NCBI GenBank assembly: GCA_903825315.1
Contig: CAIKAD010000001.1
Span: 265,483 to 329,482, forward strand
Source: an uncultured Candidatus Peregrinibacteria bacterium
GTDB lineage: Bacteria > Patescibacteriota > Gracilibacteria > Peribacterales > Peribacteraceae
Length of the DNA stretch: 64,000 nt
Direction of reading: 5' to 3'
In this document: in pieces, positions 56,333 through 64,000 of the stretch
How positions within the stretch are numbered: the first letter of the stretch is position 1
Layout of the letters: every line of letters starts with the position of its first letter
Translations under genes and position numbers: made by a program
The notes under the pieces: model-generated
What the model was told of the DNA's origin: nothing
The model's database searches: none
What the model saw: the letters and a program-made list of their open reading frames with translations, nothing else

Positions 56333-58834
56333 ATGAGGTTCCATACTTTCCGTACCGGCGAAGCAAGGCTCCTCCAATTTGCAGGACCAGAGCAAGAGAA
56401 TTTCGTATTAAGGGATCCCGCTAACAAATCGGAGATGGTCAGGAAGCCCAATAACGTATCGGAGTCACAGAGGATGCATGAACGCTGGGATAGGGCGGAG
56501 GAAGCCCAACGGAAGTACTTCGACGTGGCAAACAGGTGTCTGGATGTGCTCCGCAAGTTGCCGGACGGTAAACGCAAGGGGGAATTGCAGACTGCGTACG
56601 ATAGTTATGAACGGCAGGGCAAGGATCTGATGAAACAAATAGTCAATAGCAATGCGAGTAGTGTGGAGCAGAAGGCACTTCGTGATCTTATTGACCAATT
56701 TGAAGGGCAGCTACAGGGCGATGCGCAGCTGGCTGACAGGTTAATTGAGATGTACCGGCAGACCACCGATGAGCGGCGCTCGTCTTTTGATGATGCAGTG
56801 CTGTGGATGCAGCAAGCAGAAAATAACCCTGGTGATCAGCAACTCCATAACCTGGCCGCCCAGAAGGCCGCACTGGAAATCCGCAACGCCAGCCCGTATG
56901 TGGAGCGTGAGCTCAAGTATCTCACGGAGAACGCCGGTGAAGCGCAACGAGACCGCATTGCAGAACTCCAAAAGTGGAAGACGGAAATAGAGGAATTGAG
57001 GATGAAGGCCAGCGAGACGCCGCTGGCGGTTGCGGGCATGGTGACAGCCGCTACCGGGGAGAGGGCGGCACTCATACAGAATAATGCGCCTGGGGAAGTA
57101 AACACGCGTGACCGGGACGTGGTATCTATAAAGCAGAAGGGGGAAGAAAAACTCGGGAAAATGCAGGAGAATCTTGTGAAAAAGATTAACAGTGAGGATT
57201 ACAAGCCTTCCCAGGAACAAGTGCAACAGGACCTGGATACCCTCAAAGAGATTGCACGTGCTTGGCAAAAGATCGGTCCTCAGGAAAAAGCGAAGCAGGA
57301 ACTGGAAGCCATGCGTCCTGCCTATAATAAACTTCGGAAGATACAGGAACAGATTGTGAAGAGCTCCACCCTTGGTACAGATGAGATCGTCGCCCGGCTG
57401 GAAACGAATCCGACGATCGACGATGCCAATGAGCTGATGGAGAGGGTTTCCGCAGAAGAGGTGGCGATCCGGAACCGTCCCGACAAGGCAGATTTCGTGC
57501 GTTCCAAGGAATTGGAGGCTATACGGAAGAAGTGGGGAGGGTTCGCTGTAAGCATGGAAGGCGTTCAGAAATCATCCGGTTTCATCAGAGATTCCCTCCA
57601 GAGCTCGGCGCTCCTCAACCCGGAGATGTTCCGCGCGCGCATCGATATACTCAATACTGGTCTCAATGCACTTGCGGCCGGGTGGCCGGATGTTGCCAAG
57701 AAGGAAGTGGAAAATATTGTTAATGCTGCAAACCACATGCTAGCGCGTAAGGGGTCCACCTTTTACCTGCGCGCGACCGACAGCGGCGTGGAACTGCACG
57801 ACCGCGTGGTGGAAGAGGCCAAGCAATCCGTGCGTCAATTCAGAGAGAACGAGTTCAAAAAAGTAAATGACATTGCTGCACAACTGGATCAGAAAATGGG
57901 CCTACTCGACAAGAATCAGGAGGACGCGTCTCTTCTTAGGGAGATCATCACCCTAACGCAGACGTACCATCAGGCAATAGAAGCGGGGAAGACACATCCT
58001 GCCCTCATCAATGCATATGTACCGGATGGTTGGAAGAAGTCGATGGAAACGGCCTGGAACACGCAGCTCGAGAGAGCCAAAGCCACGCTTGATCCGGTGC
58101 GTTTGACGGAAATGCAGATGAAGCTGAAAAAGATCGAGAAACCGGAGGTCGGTAACGCGAAAACTGCTGCAATGCAAACAGGGAATATGAACAAGAAGGT
58201 AGAACCGGAAAGCAGGTCCGCCGCAATGGCTCGGGGTGTCGATTCGCAAGGAACGAAGGAGGTACCTGCTCCCAGTGTTCCCAAAGAGTCAGGCACCAAA
58301 ACTGAGCCACCGAACAATGCAGTAGTACCGGATACCACGCCCGCCGCAATGGCTCGGGGTGTCGATTCGCAAGGAACGAAGGAGGTACCTGCTCCCAGTG
58401 TTCCCAAAGAGGTGGACCAAACGGGAACTGCGGAACAGCCGAAGAAAACCGTCGCTGCTGCTAGTCCCAATGAGGAGAATGCTTTACGCAACATCATGAA
58501 TCAGTCCTCGAACGAATCCACTCAAGAGGCTTCTCCTGCCGCAGAAGAGGCCATCGATTTGATAGGGAAGACGATCAACAACATGTCCCTCTCTTACCAG
58601 CGGGATGTCACAGATATCAGAGTGCAGCTTGATATGCTTAAGAGTTCCGTGTCTCCCGATGAGCTCAACAACTTCGAAAGACGCCTCGCCGAGATCCGGA
58701 AAAACGAAAGTGTCATTAAGAACCAAGTGCAGAGTGAGAAGACGCCGAAAGAAGTCAAAGAACAACTTCAGTCGTACCTGGACGAGGCACAGCAGCTGCA
58801 AGATCGCATCAACAAACTGAAACAAGAGAAGTAA
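56333..58834 (+). CDS. Large helical hypothetical protein with N-terminal GEARLLQF motif
   Basis: 833 aa from MRFHTFRTGEARLLQFAG, starts 1 nt after the upstream stop. Confidence 0.8.
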   Translation: MRFHTFRTGEARLLQFAGPEQENFVLRDPANKSEMVRKPNNVSESQRMHERWDRAEEAQRKYFDVANRCLDVLRKLPDGKRKGELQTAYDSYERQGKDLMKQIVNSNASSVEQKALRDLIDQFEGQLQGDAQLADRLIEMYRQTTDERRSSFDDAVLWMQQAENNPGDQQLHNLAAQKAALEIRNASPYVERELKYLTENAGEAQRDRIAELQKWKTEIEELRMKASETPLAVAGMVTAATGERAALIQNNAPGEVNTRDRDVVSIKQKGEEKLGKMQENLVKKINSEDYKPSQEQVQQDLDTLKEIARAWQKIGPQEKAKQELEAMRPAYNKLRKIQEQIVKSSTLGTDEIVARLETNPTIDDANELMERVSAEEVAIRNRPDKADFVRSKELEAIRKKWGGFAVSMEGVQKSSGFIRDSLQSSALLNPEMFRARIDILNTGLNALAAGWPDVAKKEVENIVNAANHMLARKGSTFYLRATDSGVELHDRVVEEAKQSVRQFRENEFKKVNDIAAQLDQKMGLLDKNQEDASLLREIITLTQTYHQAIEAGKTHPALINAYVPDGWKKSMETAWNTQLERAKATLDPVRLTEMQMKLKKIEKPEVGNAKTAAMQTGNMNKKVEPESRSAAMARGVDSQGTKEVPAPSVPKESGTKTEPPNNAVVPDTTPAAMARGVDSQGTKEVPAPSVPKEVDQTGTAEQPKKTVAAASPNEENALRNIMNQSSNESTQEASPAAEEAIDLIGKTINNMSLSYQRDVTDIRVQLDMLKSSVSPDELNNFERRLAEIRKNESVIKNQVQSEKTPKEVKEQLQSYLDEAQQLQDRINKLKQEK
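58218..58411 (+). repeat. Perfect 71-bp intragenic direct repeat
   Basis: 58218-58288 equals 58341-58411 (AAMARGVDSQGTKEVPAPSVPKE twice). Confidence 0.95.
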
Positions 58835-58884
58835 CCACTGCCCGCCAGAGGTGTTTCCCGGCTTCCAAAAGCCACGGATTTTCC

Positions 58885-58912
58885 TTGCACTCTGCGGGAA
58901 ATGCCGTACAAT
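58885..58912 (+). promoter_or_regulatory. Putative rpoC promoter
   Basis: TTGCAC-16 nt-TACAAT. Confidence 0.55.
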
Positions 58913-59012
58913 TTGCGGGTACACCACCGACGTTCCCCCTCTGGTTCAGACGCCCAGGCCGGGGGAGCGGCGGACTTCCGTATGTCATTCTCTCTTTTTC
59001 CCTCTCCTGACC

Positions 59013-62954
<3,942 letters not shown>

Positions 62955-62988
62955 TTTGTCCCTTCCATATCATTACCATCCCATAGCT

Positions 62989-63405
62989 ATGCCTACCGTC
63001 AATCAGCTCATCCGCAAGCCCAGGAAAGATAAGCGTCGCAAGTCCAAGGCGCCGGCGCTCCAGCAGACCTGGAACGCGCTCAACATGCGCGATGTCCCCC
63101 TGCCGCACGGCTCGCCCTTTAAGCGCGGCGTGTGCGTTAAGGTGACCACCATGACGCCCAAGAAGCCCAACTCCGCTCTCCGCAAGATCGCCCGCGTGCG
63201 CCTCACGAACGGTTACGAGGTGAAGGCGTACATCATGGGTGAGGGACACAACCTTCAGGAGCACTCCGTGGTGCTCGTCCGCGGCGGCCGCGTTAAGGAT
63301 CTTCCGGGCGTCCGCTACCACATCGTTCGCGGCATTCTCGACACCGAGGGTGTTCGTGACCGCAAGCAGGGTCGTTCCCGCTACGGCGCCAAGCGTCCCA
63401 AGTAA
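62989..63405 (+). CDS. rpsL: 30S ribosomal protein S12
   Basis: [33 protein letters not shown]. Confidence 0.99.
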   Translation: MPTVNQLIRKPRKDKRRKSKAPALQQTWNALNMRDVPLPHGSPFKRGVCVKVTTMTPKKPNSALRKIARVRLTNGYEVKAYIMGEGHNLQEHSVVLVRGGRVKDLPGVRYHIVRGILDTEGVRDRKQGRSRYGAKRPK

Positions 63406-63441
63406 ATCCGTATCCTGTAATCTTTCTTCCCAGAAACCGTT

Positions 63442-63897
63442 ATGGCCAAGCCCATCAAGCCTTACATCCCCGTCGGATCCGATCCCCTCACCGAAAAGTT
63501 CATCAACTGTCTCATGCAGCAGGGGAAGAAGTCCGTCGCGCGCAGGATTTTTGCGGACACGCTCGAGGTCATCAAAACGCGCACCAAGGATCCGCCGCTG
63601 GAAGTGTTCTCCAAGGCGCTCCTCAACGTCACCCCGCTCATCGAAGTCCGCCCCAAGCGTATCGCCGGTTCCGTCTACCAGGTTCCCGTGGAGGTGACCC
63701 CCAAGCGCCAGGTAGCGCTCTCCATCCGCTGGATTCTGGACGCGGCCCGCTCGCGCAAGGGCGTGCCCATGGCCCATAAGCTTGCCTTGGAACTCCTGGA
63801 TGCCTCTGCCGACCAGGGGTCTGCCATCAAGAAGAAGCAGGATGTGCTCAAGATGGCTCAGGCGAACAAAGCTTTCGCTCACCTCGCAAAATCTTAA
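63442..63897 (+). CDS. rpsG: 30S ribosomal protein S7
   Basis: KFINCLMQQGKKS, YQVPVEV, MAQANKAFAH. Confidence 0.98.
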   Translation: MAKPIKPYIPVGSDPLTEKFINCLMQQGKKSVARRIFADTLEVIKTRTKDPPLEVFSKALLNVTPLIEVRPKRIAGSVYQVPVEVTPKRQVALSIRWILDAARSRKGVPMAHKLALELLDASADQGSAIKKKQDVLKMAQANKAFAHLAKS

Positions 63898-63949
63898 GGC
63901 TCTCATGCGGGCCACCGCGGCAAGCCGAGTCATAAAGAGGCGAAGACGG

Positions 63950-63994
63950 GTGGCACAGGAAAATAAGGTCTTTTCGCACTTAGCCAAGTTCTAA
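63950..63994 (+). repeat. Recoded duplicate of the last 15 codons of rpsG
   Basis: VAQENKVFSHLAKF* versus rpsG MAQANKAFAHLAKS*. Confidence 0.8.
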
Positions 63995-64000
63995 TAACAA

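Overview
About 57% GC, standard genetic code (conserved genes such as htpX, carA and rpoC end in TGA). Gene content and style fit a CPR/Patescibacteria genome, most likely Peribacteria/Peregrinibacteria-like (inference only). Most of the window is housekeeping: purM/purE/purN, carA, pyrE, gmk, pheS, rlmE, rsmG, rnc, nusB, rny, tuf-rpsJ, rpoC-rpsL-rpsG, cimA, folP, a glucan phosphorylase and two tRNAs, plus several large unannotated proteins. The most interesting signals are outside the ORF track: (1) a ~440-nt promoter-driven, densely base-paired orphan RNA at 21.2-21.7 kb; (2) a four-helix-bundle gene enclosed by an inverted repeat whose gene-less copies recur at four other intergenic sites, among many 7/8/9-mer periodic inverted repeats and a parallel DUF559 palindrome element; (3) an Ile-rich leader-peptide attenuator upstream of cimA; (4) synonymously recoded duplicate 3' ends behind pheS and rpsG; (5) three large orphan proteins sharing an N-terminal E-x-R-L motif, each beside a small acidic protein; (6) many genes with a TAnnnT box exactly 6 nt before the start codon; (7) a DGR-target-like protein with no RT or template repeat in the window. 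All calls are from reading the sequence; no searches or folding programs were run.
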